64,000 nt of DNA, taken from NCBI RefSeq assembly GCF_018977255.1, contig NW_024704742.1:109556001-109620000 (forward strand). Direction: 5' to 3'. A program made the position numbers and the translations under genes. The notes beneath the pieces were generated by a model. The model made no database searches, was not told the DNA's origin, and was given only the letters and a program-made list of their open reading frames with translations. Shown piece by piece: positions 51,027-63,489 of this stretch (position 1 is its first letter; the number at the start of each line of letters is the position of its first letter). This stretch comes from Callorhinchus milii (taxonomy: Eukaryota).

Positions 51027-51278
51027 CCCTCCCACGCCTAATAATAATAATCCCTCCAAAACCCCCCAAAAATAATAAAAATTGGTCATTTTCAATCTAT
51101 GACTGTTTGTGGGACACTGCTGTGCGCAATTGGCTGCCGCGTTCGCCCACAAATATACAGTCTTTATAAAATATACTGTAAAATGTACTTTACAGTGTGT
51201 TCTGTGAAGCGCTTTGGGACGTCCTCTTGACGTGAAAAGCGCTATATCAAATGCAAGGATTATTATTATTATTATTAT
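51027..51278 (+). mobile_element. 5'-truncated tRNA-derived SINE
   Basis: cacgcctaataataataatccctcc body through the (ATT)n tail. Confidence 0.87.
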
Positions 51279-51279
51279 A

Positions 51280-51760
51280 TTCTCTTCTGCTTTAACTGGC
51301 AGTGAGTTCCACAATCTCACCACTATCAATGTAAAGAACTTTCTCCTTAGCTCACTTTTTGATCTGATAGTGATTATCTTATAATTATGCCCCTTTGTTA
51401 GAGACTCGACAACAAATGGAAACAATTTATGTCCACTTTACCTCTATCAGGTATTTAAATTACCTCTGTATCCTGCTCGCTCCCTCCACTCAGCGGTTTC
51501 CCGCCTGCTTCACGTCCCCCACCGCCCTTACCCCACTATTGGCGGACGGGCCTTCTACCACTCTGCTCCCGACCCACAGCTCGGATCCGAAATTGTCTGT
51601 CCAGCGCCTTGGGATGTCCTCCCAACGTGAAAAGCGCTTTACAAATGTAATTTGTTGTTGTTGTATCAGGCTCCGTCTCAAATGCCACATCTCCAGAGAT
51701 AAAAGTTTTATCCGGTCTTGTCTTTCTTGATAACTGTATCCTCTTATCTTTGTAACATTC
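51280..51760 (-). mobile_element. Degraded CR1 fragment with a nested + strand L2 end (~51472-51661)
   Basis: Minus frame TKGHNYKI...LRRKFFTLIVVRLWNSLP; the nested L2 is flanked by tgtatc on both sides. Confidence 0.78.
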
Positions 51761-53148
51761 TAGTAAATTGACCATGCATTCGCTTGTTATTACAAATGTG
51801 ATGTAACCATGGTTTTATATTACAAACAACTTGCATTTATATAGCGACCTTCAAGTAGGATGACTTCGGTGGCAGAGTTGGACACTGTTCAGTATAAATT
51901 TTAACAATTCTTCCTTACTTTTTGTACTGTTTAAATCAACTGAAAAAAATCACTATTCACATCTTGAAATCTTCAGAGTACTTTAATGTTATTCAACAGC
52001 CAGTACTCTGATCCCCTTAACAGATTTAACATTAAAAAAAATCTGTTCCAAGTTCCCAGACTGTCTATTCCAAGAGCTTTGAAAGAACCATGGGGGAGTG
52101 AACTCAGTAAGATTCACAAATTCCTGGTTTAAACAGGGCAGGTGCGAATCATTCTGCTTCTTTCAAAACCTCTTCCAGGAGGTGTCAAGTGTGGAGTCTC
52201 TACCCATTTATACTGCATGATGGGTGGTAAACAGTAGCGAATAATAATCCTTGCATTTGTTGCATCGCCTTATCACTTAGTCGAGACATCTCAAAGTGTT
52301 TTACATAAATATTAAAGTAGGTAAAGTGCAGATATTCTTTTGCATTTTATGACATAAAAATGCATAAGGCAATATTCAATCACAAGTGACATAACCCACT
52401 TTCTGTGTCATGTTATTGGTTATGTGCTTTAGTGATACAGTCTCGTTTTTCATCTGACTGGAGTGTACTGCAAGGTTTTAACAAAAATGGGCAGTTCTGT
52501 TGACTTCACAAGCCACAAAGCATATTTTTACACAGTATTTGTGTGTAATGGAGTGATATATCAATTAGATATAAGTAGATATTGTTAAAACTGTTTCAGT
52601 TCATCTGTGAAGTTTCCGAATGATCTAAGTTTTGTGCTTTGTTGATATTACTATCAGTTAAATTGAAATATCTAGGCAAACATATTAAATACATAAATAT
52701 TTCATATATTAAAATATTAAAATATATTTCATATTAAACAAATCTAACCTTTAAAAGTCTTAATTTCATGAAACAATCACTATTTTCTGCAAAATTTGCA
52801 ATGAATTTTATGGCAGGTTCACGAATTGAAGAAATGCAGAATATTTTGGATAAGAGGATCTGTGAGTCTGTGTCATGAATACTAGAACGTAAAGTCGAAT
52901 TGACAGCTCAGTGTAACTGAACTTGAGCTTGTTGCTTTCTTTTGACAAACTGCCAGTCAGTAACGATCATTCATCTGTGTTCCAATAAATGAAACTTCTC
53001 ATATATATGATGACATTTTGCCCTGGGGAAAACAAAGGATTTTATTATAACAAATTCCAATTTGTATGATTATTAAGTGGAACATTCACTAAGTACTGTA
53101 ATATTTTAAGAATGCCTGGATGTTGACTAATGTTACTTCAACTTACAG

Positions 53149-53376
53149 CTGCAGATACATCAGAAGCAGCAGTGTTGAGAAGCCTGAAACAGTTTATATC
53201 CAAACCGATGAAGAAAATTCTTAAGCAGGTTATTTCCTTAATTCTTGTGTGGCAAGCAGTAGAGAATCCTAGTATCCATCACCATAAGCAAATACTTCCA
53301 GAAAGTTTGCTCAACAAAATTCCGAAAGAATGGGATTATATACCAAGGGAAATTAAAAGAAGAGAATCTGGGAAAA
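53149..53376 (+). CDS. KIAA0825: KIAA0825 coding exon 14 (ADTSEAAVLRSLK...PKEWDYIPREIKRRESGK)
   Basis: ttacag| acceptor (a second in-frame AG ends at 53154) and A|gtaagt donor; 228 nt, phase 1 to 1. Confidence 0.9.
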
Positions 53377-53777
53377 GTAAGTACAAACAACATTCAGTGA
53401 ATCTCCAAATGAAACATTTTGGGTTCTGATGGTGGAAAGAAGCCGTGTGGCCAATGTTTGAAATGTAAGGTTTTAAGAATGGGATAAATAATTAACTGTA
53501 TTTTATATGCGTCCTCAGCGAGTAATTAGATGTGAGATACATGAAACAATTTGATGAAAACTAATGTTGAAAAATTTGTTGAAAGGTTTACAGTACAGTT
53601 AGTATCAAATTTAATTTTCGGTATTAAATTGATTGTTCATTAAACCGCATATGTTCAGAAATGCTGTTACATGTTAAATGCAGACTACACAACTTAACAT
53701 CCAATGAAAAACTGGAAATTCAGCAGAACTTGTAGGGGTAATTAAATTAGGCACAGTACATGGTGTGGAGTCTTTGT

Positions 53778-54329
53778 GGCGTCCTGCAGCTCAGTGGCAA
53801 GAGCGCTCACCACACAAATGAGAGACCTGTGTTTGTTTCCTGGCAGGGTGAAATGTTGGCTTACTCCACATGTCTCTGTTTACCGAGCAGTAAGTAGGAA
53901 TCCAGTTGGTAATCGATTGGCGATTCGCTTTTCTGGGGAAAAAGCACCTGCCCTGCTAATTTTCCTTTTAAAAAAAATAATTTGATCACTCAATCCACGA
54001 CTGTTTGTGCGCAATTGGCTTCCGCGTTCGCCCACAAATATACGGTCAATTCACTTTACAGTGTGTTCTGTGAAGCGCTTTGGGACGTCCTCCCGACGTG
54101 AAAAGCGCTATATCAAATGAAAGGATTATTATTATTACAATAATCTTTTAAAAAATAATAATTTGGTCACTCAATCCACGACTGTTTGTGGGACACTGCT
54201 GTGTGCAATTGGCTGCCGTGTTTCGCCCACAAGTATACAGTCAATTCACTTTACAGTATATTCTGTGAAGCGCTTTGAGACATCTAGAAGACGTGAAAAG
54301 CGTATGTCAAATGCAAGGATTATTATTAT
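53778..54329 (+). mobile_element. Long-variant SINE followed in tandem by a headless SINE
   Basis: Head at 53778; tails end at ~54136 and ~54329. Confidence 0.88.
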
Positions 54330-54530
54330 GTATCCATTTCTGTCTCATTTGTAGGTTAGCTGATATTTAGGGACCAGGAAAATTTGAACAAGAAATAAAA
54401 TTATAAAAGATAAAACATGTACAAATAAATGGGAATATTAACCAACCAAGGATACAGAGGTCACACGATCATAAGTAAAATGATTTGCGAAGATCATCAG
54501 TGCTAATCAGGGTTCATATTTTTCTTTCAG

Positions 54531-54936
54531 GTTTCACAAGACTTGTGGCTCAGGCTGTTTCTATTGTAATTGGTAACACACCTGCAGCAATTGCATCATT
54601 GCCCTTACCAATTAAATTTCTCTTTAATTTAGTAGAAAAAAAACTTAATAAGAATAATCCTGACCTCAGACAAACATGCCTTCTTTGGTGTTTCATTATG
54701 ATTGTTTGTCAAATTCTGGAAGATGGAAATGCTATTGAGTTTTTGACGAGTATTACAATAGATAGATGGAGCAAAGAAAAACTGAGTTTGCTGAGTGAAT
54801 GTCTGCAGACTATTATGGGACAACAGAAAAGAAGCCCTAACCAAATAGTGCAGAAGGTTATCCATTGCCTGGAAAAAGAAAAACCTAAATGGATTGAAGA
54901 CCAACTACGAAAAGCTAGAAGATTGTGCACAGAAAG
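54531..54936 (+). CDS. KIAA0825: KIAA0825 coding exon 15 (FTRLVAQAVSIVI...WIEDQLRKARRLCTE)
   Basis: ttctttcag| acceptor and AG|gtaatt donor; 406 nt, phase 1 to 2. I found no later coding exon before 64000. Confidence 0.95.
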
Positions 54937-57900
54937 GTAATTGTAATATTATGCATTGCATATTTGTTCAGGATTATACTCAAACATACATATACCTAGT
55001 TATTTGACAACATAGTTCAGTTCATTAAGAATTTTATTTGTGGAGAAAATGACACTGATTAAAGTTTCTAATCTAAACTTTAAATAACATTGCCTCTAAA
55101 GATGATACTGAAGTAAATTTTTTGCAGCTAAACAAAAATTAAAACTTTAGTTATCTACACTGAGAGAAAATTACTGAAAGAAAAGTATCTTAACTTTTTA
55201 ACTTGTATAGTCTTAAGTCAAATATAAAACATAATCTTAAACTGTACCTTCATAAGCTCTTGGTGGCAATCAGATATTCTCATTTTAAGTTGAGGATTTT
55301 ATGATGATGCTTGTTTTAAATGCACAACATATAGGACAACTCTTATGTTTTTTATTTAAGTTTCCAGTGTATAATTTTATGTTTAAAAAAAATTAGGTTA
55401 CCTGTTTGGACAGAGATGAGCTAGAACAGTTGTTTTTTCATTGTGATGAAGTCATGTTCAGTGACCAATTCATGGCTTGTTACACAATTTACATCATGGG
55501 GTACAAACAAATAAAGAGGTATGACAAGTATGTTTTAATGAACAATGTCCTTTTAAGAGATTGCTGAGAGGGATGAATATTTTTACTTGTAATGCTTATA
55601 TCTTAACTTCAGCTTTCCTTAGACATCACTGTCCGGAAGACTAGATGATGCTGAGCCAGAAACATATGTATCACTGAGCACTCAAATTGCTATTGGGTTA
55701 AGTATAACGGATGATATTTTTTCACTTGTATGAGGTATGATAATTGGTTATTGACTGGTTCTTGGTTGGGAGGTAAATTTAAGGTGTATTCCCGAAGCAT
55801 GGATACATTTCATTAACAGCAGTTTGGGATTATGGTCAGGAGTCTATTTCTATCTACATTATGCACAATAAACTAAAATACCTTAAATCAGCAATTACAG
55901 TAGTAGAGTGCTACCAGTGTGGTCTAAAGTACTCTTATAGAGTATTACTGGAGTAGTTGTACAGTTGTTTTAATGATTACTTTAAAATGTCATGCTTCAT
56001 TCAAGATATAAGTTCCTTATAACAATAAAAAGGTGAGACACAAGTAAAAATAACTTGCTTGTAAAAATATGGTATGGTTGAATTCTGCATTTTGTCCCAA
56101 ACATTATTATGGAATTGCCTGGTCAATAGAAACAAGCAGCACCATCCACTCTCTCTTATTTAGTTTAAAATTTTAAAATAAGTAGACAAGGTACATTTAC
56201 TATTATTTACTTCAACATCATAAGAGAACGTTAGCCGGTGTTTTATTTTTGGCTTTCATTATGTGTGACATGTAGTCGGACAAAGGCATAAATGTTTGGC
56301 ATAAATTGATCCTTGTTCTTTTAACTGGATGTTGCACCTATATTTGTATGCTATTATGATTCTGTTTTTATGTTAACTATAGTAAGCTTTTGATGCAGAT
56401 TTATTTTAATAATATTGTTGTCTTACTCTAACAGAATAAGCAAACTCTTTGTTATTATAGGATTTTTGGGGATTGTTTAAAGTTTGTGGAATTTAAAAAA
56501 TGCTGCTTTAATATTCCATCAAGTCATAACTAATTGATTATATGACATTTAGATTGTTTTTCAGTTATGTACATTATTATAATAGCAATAATTATTGTCA
56601 CCATATCCAAACCACTAGTATAAGGTGCAGCAACATAGATGGCACAGAGCAGGTTCAGTTCTAGATTCAAAGGATAGATTCACAGTATGTCAAGTATTAG
56701 AGAAAGTGGCAGCAGTATGCATCACCTGCTTGTGTATACTTTGTGGTAACATTATTGTTCATTAAAATTACTTTCAGTCTGAAGTATTGTCTGAGTGGGA
56801 AGCCATCAGTCAGTTTTGTAGAAAAAAATATGCAGTTCAGAATCTGAAGAAATGCCTGACTTTGCAAAGTAATTTGTCCAAGAAAAGATTATTGTTTTCC
56901 ATCATAGTGACCCTGACTTGGCTGGCTGGGTGCATACATAGATTAAGATGAATGCAGTTATTCCTTGGCTGAGGACTGCCTCTTTCAGGGCACATTCTCT
57001 CTAATGACATGATTGATAGGCTGTCCCAAATCTACAGGGGAACTCATTAATCATTGCAGTGACTGAATACAATCATCTGCTTCACCTGCAAAGTGATAGA
57101 CAGAAAAGGATACAATTCAGGTGCTGACACTGATGCACTGATTGGTCAGAGGGCCCCTCAACTTTTTCAATGTCAGCTTGAAAGATCCTTGATAAATGAC
57201 ACAGTTTGTGGCACCCTTCTGTTTCAAAAACAAGGCACTGTATCCTTTTTGAAAGTCTTCAGTTGGTATTTAACAAACAAAGAAAAATTTGGATATTTAA
57301 AATTCTGCTCTGACATATGAGGAACCTTGTTTTTTATTTGTTACTCAAATAAAATGAATTATGATAACTCTCAGGTTAGATTCTAACTTATTTTTATTCT
57401 TATCTTGTTCTTTCACTTCCCTCTATCTCTTATTTTTATTCACCTTGAGAGACCATTCTCTTCAGCTAGGATAGAAGTAAACCGAACATTATTTCCCACG
57501 ATGATGTTTACATACACTGAATCAATGCTGCACATTTATTTATTCCCTCTACACAAGTCCACTTTTAGTGTTGAATTTGAAGTGCAAATCATGTTGGAAT
57601 CAAATGGAGCTCAATGTTGAATTAACCAATTAAATGTGTAATATAAACTCCGTAACTCTTTCCGGAGTTAGCCACTTAACTTTTTGTTCTAATTTTGAGG
57701 TGGTTGTATTTATATTAGGATTACATTAAGGCACCTTCATTTCCAGTTGATAAACTGTGCATGTCAACCAAAAATACTCCTCTTGGGTCACTCCTATCAC
57801 TGAAAGTTCCTGGCCTGATCTTCAGATGCCTATATAGTTAGAATTCCAATGGTGATTCTTTGTTGCCTATTATACACCTCAGAAATTCTAATATTGAACA

Positions 57901-58477
57901 TGATGGTAATTGCATTAGACATCTGAAAACGACATTGACAGACTGTGATATGATGATGCATCTTATGGTCTTCTACCAAAGTTTTGTTCAAGCCTTCGTA
58001 GTTTCTCTTCAAAATTCTGTTTGAGTTGATTGTTCATCGCAACAATAAATAAAATGAGGACTTAAGAGACATATCAGTGTAAACCTTTCCTGAAGCAAAT
58101 TTGTACAATAGAGATGTAACTTCTGAAAGAGATTACCAAATTAAGTTTCAAACTTGTCCTAATTGCTCTTAATCCTTCTCTGACAATGCTGTTTTATGCA
58201 TTTGACCAGGGATGGCAGTGTTGGAGAATAAAAGCCTTTTTTTCAGTTTGAACCTATTGACAACATAGGTCAGAAACAATATAGAGAATTTATCTACATT
58301 AGCTCAGCAAAGTCTGAACTCCTAAATTTAGATCAGTGACTTCTAACTGACACAGCCAAAATAGCTTCACTGGTCAGGGTAACCAGTAGTGATAGTTAGG
58401 AAAGGTTTGTAGTGTAGGCTTAATGCACACTGAAAATTGGTTTTAGGTTGCCTATTTTACTTAACGAGTTAAATAGT

Positions 58478-58786
58478 ACCTCTCCAACCTACTATCCCCC
58501 TACCTACCTGCCCGTACCCTCCGTTCCTCTGGCTCCGGTCTGCTCCACGTCCCCCCCCCCACCCCCCTACCATCGGTGGTCGGGCCTTCAGCCCCTCAGC
58601 CCCGAGGCTCTGGAACCCCCCCCCCCCCTCCTTCAAGGCCGGTCTCAAAACCTTTCTCTTTGACCGTGCCTTCAGCCCTTGCTTCCTCTCTTTCTTCAAG
58701 GCCGGTCTCAAAACCTTTCTCTTTGACCGTGCCTTCAGCCCCTTCAAGGCCGGTCTCAAAACCTTTCTCTTTGACCGTGCCTTCAG

Positions 58787-58828
<42 letters not shown>

Positions 58829-58929
58829 ATTTCCCCCCTGCTCGGGTCATGACCCAACTGTGCAGCGCCTTGGGACGTCCTCCTGACGTGAAAGGCGCTT
58901 TATAAATGGAATCTTGTTGTTGTTGTTGT
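58478..58929 (+). mobile_element. Young L2 3' fragment with internal triplication and poly(C)
   Basis: Three copies of ttcaaggccggtctcaaaacctttctctttgaccgtgccttcagccc; C42 at 58787-58828; (GTT)n tail. Confidence 0.9.
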
Positions 58930-59084
58930 AGTAATCAAGAAGTCCTGCTCATCTATTCAGCGCTCTTGTTGGGCTGGAGTGCTGTGTACAATTTTGGTCA
59001 CTGCAACATAAGGGGGCTTCCCAGGCTCTAGAAGCAGTGCAGAGATCACTGAGGATGAACTCCAGTGTTAGAGGAATGAGCTGT

Positions 59085-59482
59085 GAGCAATGGGGATGAT
59101 AGGGTTACGGAGCCTGGTGCGGGAGAGGACACAGGCTGCAGAGTTCTGGATGATCTGCAGCCTGTGGAGGGAGGAGTTGGCGAGGCCGACAAGCAATGAG
59201 TTTGCATAGTCAAACCTCGATGTTATGAATGCATGCATTAGGGTTTCGGTTTCCTGTGGTATGAGACAGTGGCAGAGCCTCATGATGTTGCTGAGGTGAA
59301 AGGCAGAGCGGGTCATGGCACAGATGTGGGATAGAAAGGATAGTTTAGAGCTAAACGAGATGACAATGTTCTGGACTGGCTTTGTAAGGTGGAGTGTGCA
59401 TCCATGGATGGTGATGCTGTCAGTGCCTGAGGTATGGAGGCGCTGAAAGGAGACAATCAGGAGGTCCTCTGTCTTGTTGATG
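59085..59482 (-). mobile_element. L2 ORF2 internal fragment
   Basis: TETLMHAFITSRFDYANSLLVGL...LQIIQNSAACVL. Confidence 0.88.
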
Positions 59483-61439
59483 CTTATTTATAACTTTGAT
59501 ATGTTTATCAAGATTCAGATATGTGTACTAGGCATCGTAATTGATAGTACGAATGACATTCCATATTTCAATTTTAGCTCATTTCTGAATGTTTACATTG
59601 ATTATTGGTGAATTTTCAACTACTGTTGTGTTAACTACAATGATTCACAAGAGTTGACATTCTGAATTGTATTTCTTAGGGGAGAAACAGTTTAAGTGCA
59701 TGGGAGCAGATTAAAATTTGACGATAACAGTTAAGATAATTCTGGATTTTTTAAAGATAGGTTTATCCTGTTACAGTGTCCTACTCTTCACAATCATCCA
59801 TGTCCCTTATGTACATTATTTGATTTGAAAGGTTCAAAGCCTGCAGCTTTATAGACATTGCAAACCTTGAATTAATACCCAGAAGGACTCCTCTGCGCTC
59901 ATTCCAAGTACAAAAGTAATTTTTTAAGTGACACAAATGTTCATCTTTTCTTTCCAAATAAAGCATATTATAAAAATGGCATATAAAAATTGTGGGAGTT
60001 GGATGGTGCAATGTATAAGCATAATTCTTTTACCTCTGAAACTAATATCATAGCAATCTCTTTTCTCTGCCAGTAACATTAATGCTAAGTGAAATTGTTT
60101 TGGTCAGAGTGGTGATAATTAGCAATACATTTGCACTAAATTGAAAATCTTAGTCAGAGACCCTACATGGTTTTCTGGTGTGAAACATAGAAAGATCATA
60201 GTGTGCTATAGGAATTATCTTTTCTGAAATTGAGTTAACAACATTGGGGAGTGTAATAAGTACTTGACTCGCCATCCAACCATGGCTAATCTGACCTTGG
60301 AGTCCTTGATACTGGGTGGAAAAGGGGAATTATTTTCTCTCCTTAATCTGACATCTCTTACAAAGGTTACGCAGTACAAAGGTTCATGAAGAAGAAGAAG
60401 GATTTCTATGAAATAATTCTTTGAAATCCTGTTGTAAAAGCAAAATGCAATAAAAATTCAGTTTTAAGTAGTTTTATCTTCAGCAACCAAAATAAGTTGA
60501 ACTCTGAGTCATCCACTTATTATCTAGCAAGATAATTGAAACAATGTGGTTTATTGTACCATAGACTAACTTTTTAATACAGCATAAATGATTTAGTGGG
60601 GCTCTGCTTAGATCAGAACTTGATTAAATTCAACATCCCAATGAGATGAACTATGAAGGCATTTAAGATCTATAACATCAACTGCATAAGATTCAAAAGA
60701 GTCATGTTGCAACTGCTTGCACATCAAACGTCTATCAAATATATAAACGTTGTATATTTTACAAATATTCAAGTAGGTTAATGTCTTAAAATAGCTAAAA
60801 TGTCCATCTAAATTGCTTCCCTTAGAAAGAATAGGTGAAACAAAAGGAACAGAGTCTTTGAAATGGCAGCTGGATGGAATCAGACCAGTCAGATATGTCA
60901 TTCAAACAGCTCATTAACAAGGGTACCCAAAATGTTGGGTAATCACGTGACTACTGTGATTGCACACAAATAATGTTATCTCTATTTTGGGAGAAAATCT
61001 GTTTTGCAGATTTCCCCCTAAAATAGCTGCCTCCTTTGTAGGTCAATAGTCATGACAATATTTAACAAACCTACAGATAATGGTTTTCCTTTTGTGCACT
61101 TTGAAGATTGTTCTATATTGTAGTATTTAAACTATTTTATAATGTAGTATTTAAATATTATTTCAACAGTATTTCATAATATTTGTCGCAATTAATGCCA
61201 TCATTTTCTGGTTAATTGATTTTATCTTAAATAGTCTTTATACAACCATTATCAGTGTTGATCATTAAGATCTCCTTCCTGACAACATTTTTGTTTTATG
61301 TATGTTTTCGATAATATTATGGGTAGCAAAGACAGAAAGTTTATGGTTTTCCAAAGATATGCCAAATTACTAATAGAGCCTTTAAATATCTAGTTGTTAT
61401 CTCATATCAATATCTTAGTTTATAGAGAATTGTGTTCAT

Positions 61440-61780
61440 CAACATAGAATTAGATAGAATGTTACAACATGGAAACAGACCATTCAGCCCAACAGCTCTA
61501 TGCTGGTATTGTTACTCCGCATGAGTCTCCCACCCATCCTAATCGCTTCTCCATGTCCCCTTTCATACCCCTCTATTCCCTTCTTCCTAATCCATGCATT
61601 GTTTCCTCTTAGGTAAATTGGTGCTTTCTGCTTCAACCACATCTTCTGTCAGTGAGTTCCACATTCACACCATCCTCTATGTATGAAGTTCCTCCTAAAC
61701 TCCCTTTAAATCAGCTACTGACTATCTTATTTTTATGTCCCCTCATTTTGGACTCACTGAGAAGTGGAAACAACCTATAA
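61440..61780 (-). mobile_element. CR1 3' fragment
   Basis: aacatagaattagatagaa tail; agaccattcagccca; cagtgagttccacatt. Confidence 0.75.
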
Positions 61781-63058
61781 ATGCCCACCTTAGAAAATTA
61801 TTTAGGAATGTTCAACTTGTATGCATACCAAACCAAGAAAAGAAGACTCCAGGTTAAGTGTATTTTTAATGAGTGTTTATTTAAGAAGAGACACTTTTAC
61901 CTGTAGAGGTAAAAGTGATTTGACCATATTTGCTGGAACATTGGTCTTACCTCCGGCACCCCTGAAGCTTTCCGTTCAAACCCACCCTAGGAGATGGAAG
62001 TTAAAGTGTTTTGTCACTGAGAACACAATATTTGATAACATCAGTTGTGGTAGATTGCAAAGGAAGAGAATTGATGTGCATTTTCAACTTCTGAGTTCAG
62101 GTGTATATTCAAGTTAAAGATATGCATGTCATTGTTAGTTTATGCATCCTTTCTGTCACTGAGGACAAAATAGAGATTCCATTCTTTAGTTATCTTACCT
62201 CAGAGAGAACATAAATGAAATGTGTCAGCTTCTATTACCCACATAAAAAACATTCATTCTGTTTGGGGAGGCCACAAACTGGAACTGAAAGAAAAAAGTT
62301 TTTTTCTAAATTAATGTTTTAAGCAAAGAAATTGTCTATACACATTATTGAAAGGTATATTATATCTATTTGAATGGTATTTAAAATAATTCACCTACAA
62401 ATACACAGTCACTACACCTTACAGTAAATCCAGAGAAGCGCTTTGAGACCGTATGCTAAGACACTATATCAACATAAAGTTTTTTCATTATTATAAATAC
62501 ATTTCGGTTAGATCAATAATAGTGCTTCCATCTTATTGCATTAAAATGCACTTTCAAAGATTATGAAACTCATTCAGGGTTACATTTGCTCCAATTCACA
62601 TCATGAGCCTGCACAGCTAATTATTTAGCATCATAAATTAATTTTCACTTCTAGTACATCACGAAAAGATAATTGAGAAAAAAACTTAACAAGGCCATTT
62701 CAACCCTAAAGCTATTTCAATCGAATGGTTTGATATTGCAAGCACCTCCCTGTCCAATGGTATTGTTCAGGTCCCTGTCCCTTAAAAGTGCATTAATCAC
62801 AATCTGCACCAAGAATTTTACTTATATATTCCTCTAGCTCTCCTTCAGTAGAAATCTGTCAAACTCAACTTTGAAAGAATTTCCATTACTAACAATATAT
62901 TTTTCAAAGGAGAATTACCTTAAATGATTATTATGCTACAGTTCCAGCGTCAATGTATGTCTTCATTGAAATAGCACTCCGAAATGCAGTGTAGAGTCCC
63001 TGATGTAAATTTGAAGCACTTCCAAAAAGGTGGATTCCAAATAGTACTTTATCATTAG

Positions 63059-63434
63059 TAATAATAATAATCCTTGCATTTGATATAGTGTCTTATCACG
63101 TCTTTGAGACATCTCAAAGCGCTTCACAGAATATACTGTAAAGTGAACTGACTATATTTTATGGGCGAAACACAGCAGCCAATTGCGCACAGCAATGTCC
63201 ATAGTCTTGGATTGATTGACCATATTATTATTATTTAAACGTTTATTTTTCAAGGGATTTTTATCCCTGGAAAAGCGATCTGCCAATCGACTAACAACCG
63301 GGTTCCTACTTACTGCTAGGTAAACGTTGGCGGGGCGTAAGGAAACTTGCCCAATGTTTCGCCCCGCCCAAGCATCAAACCCAGGTCCTCTCGCTTGCGA
63401 GTCAAGTGTTCTAACCATTAAGCTACAGGACTCC
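63059..63434 (-). mobile_element. tRNA-derived SINE, full length, long variant
   Basis: (AAT)n tail through head ...agctacaggactcc. Confidence 0.9.
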
Positions 63435-63489
63435 AATGTAGGAAATAGCCTACCTGCTGTGCTTTTACTGTTTTAATCTCAAAAGATAT

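Larger units (their letters stand above)
165..54936 (+). other. KIAA0825: KIAA0825 orthologue, gene span of the 15 coding exons in this window (3'-incomplete)
   Basis: Spliced translation is colinear with recalled human KIAA0825 (e.g. [58 protein letters not shown]). Exon phases join without a frameshift. Confidence 0.93.

Noticed and set aside
58200..58235. Possible next KIAA0825 exon after tttgaccag
   Set aside because: The required phase hits a stop (GAA TAA) within a few codons and shows no similarity to the expected sequence.
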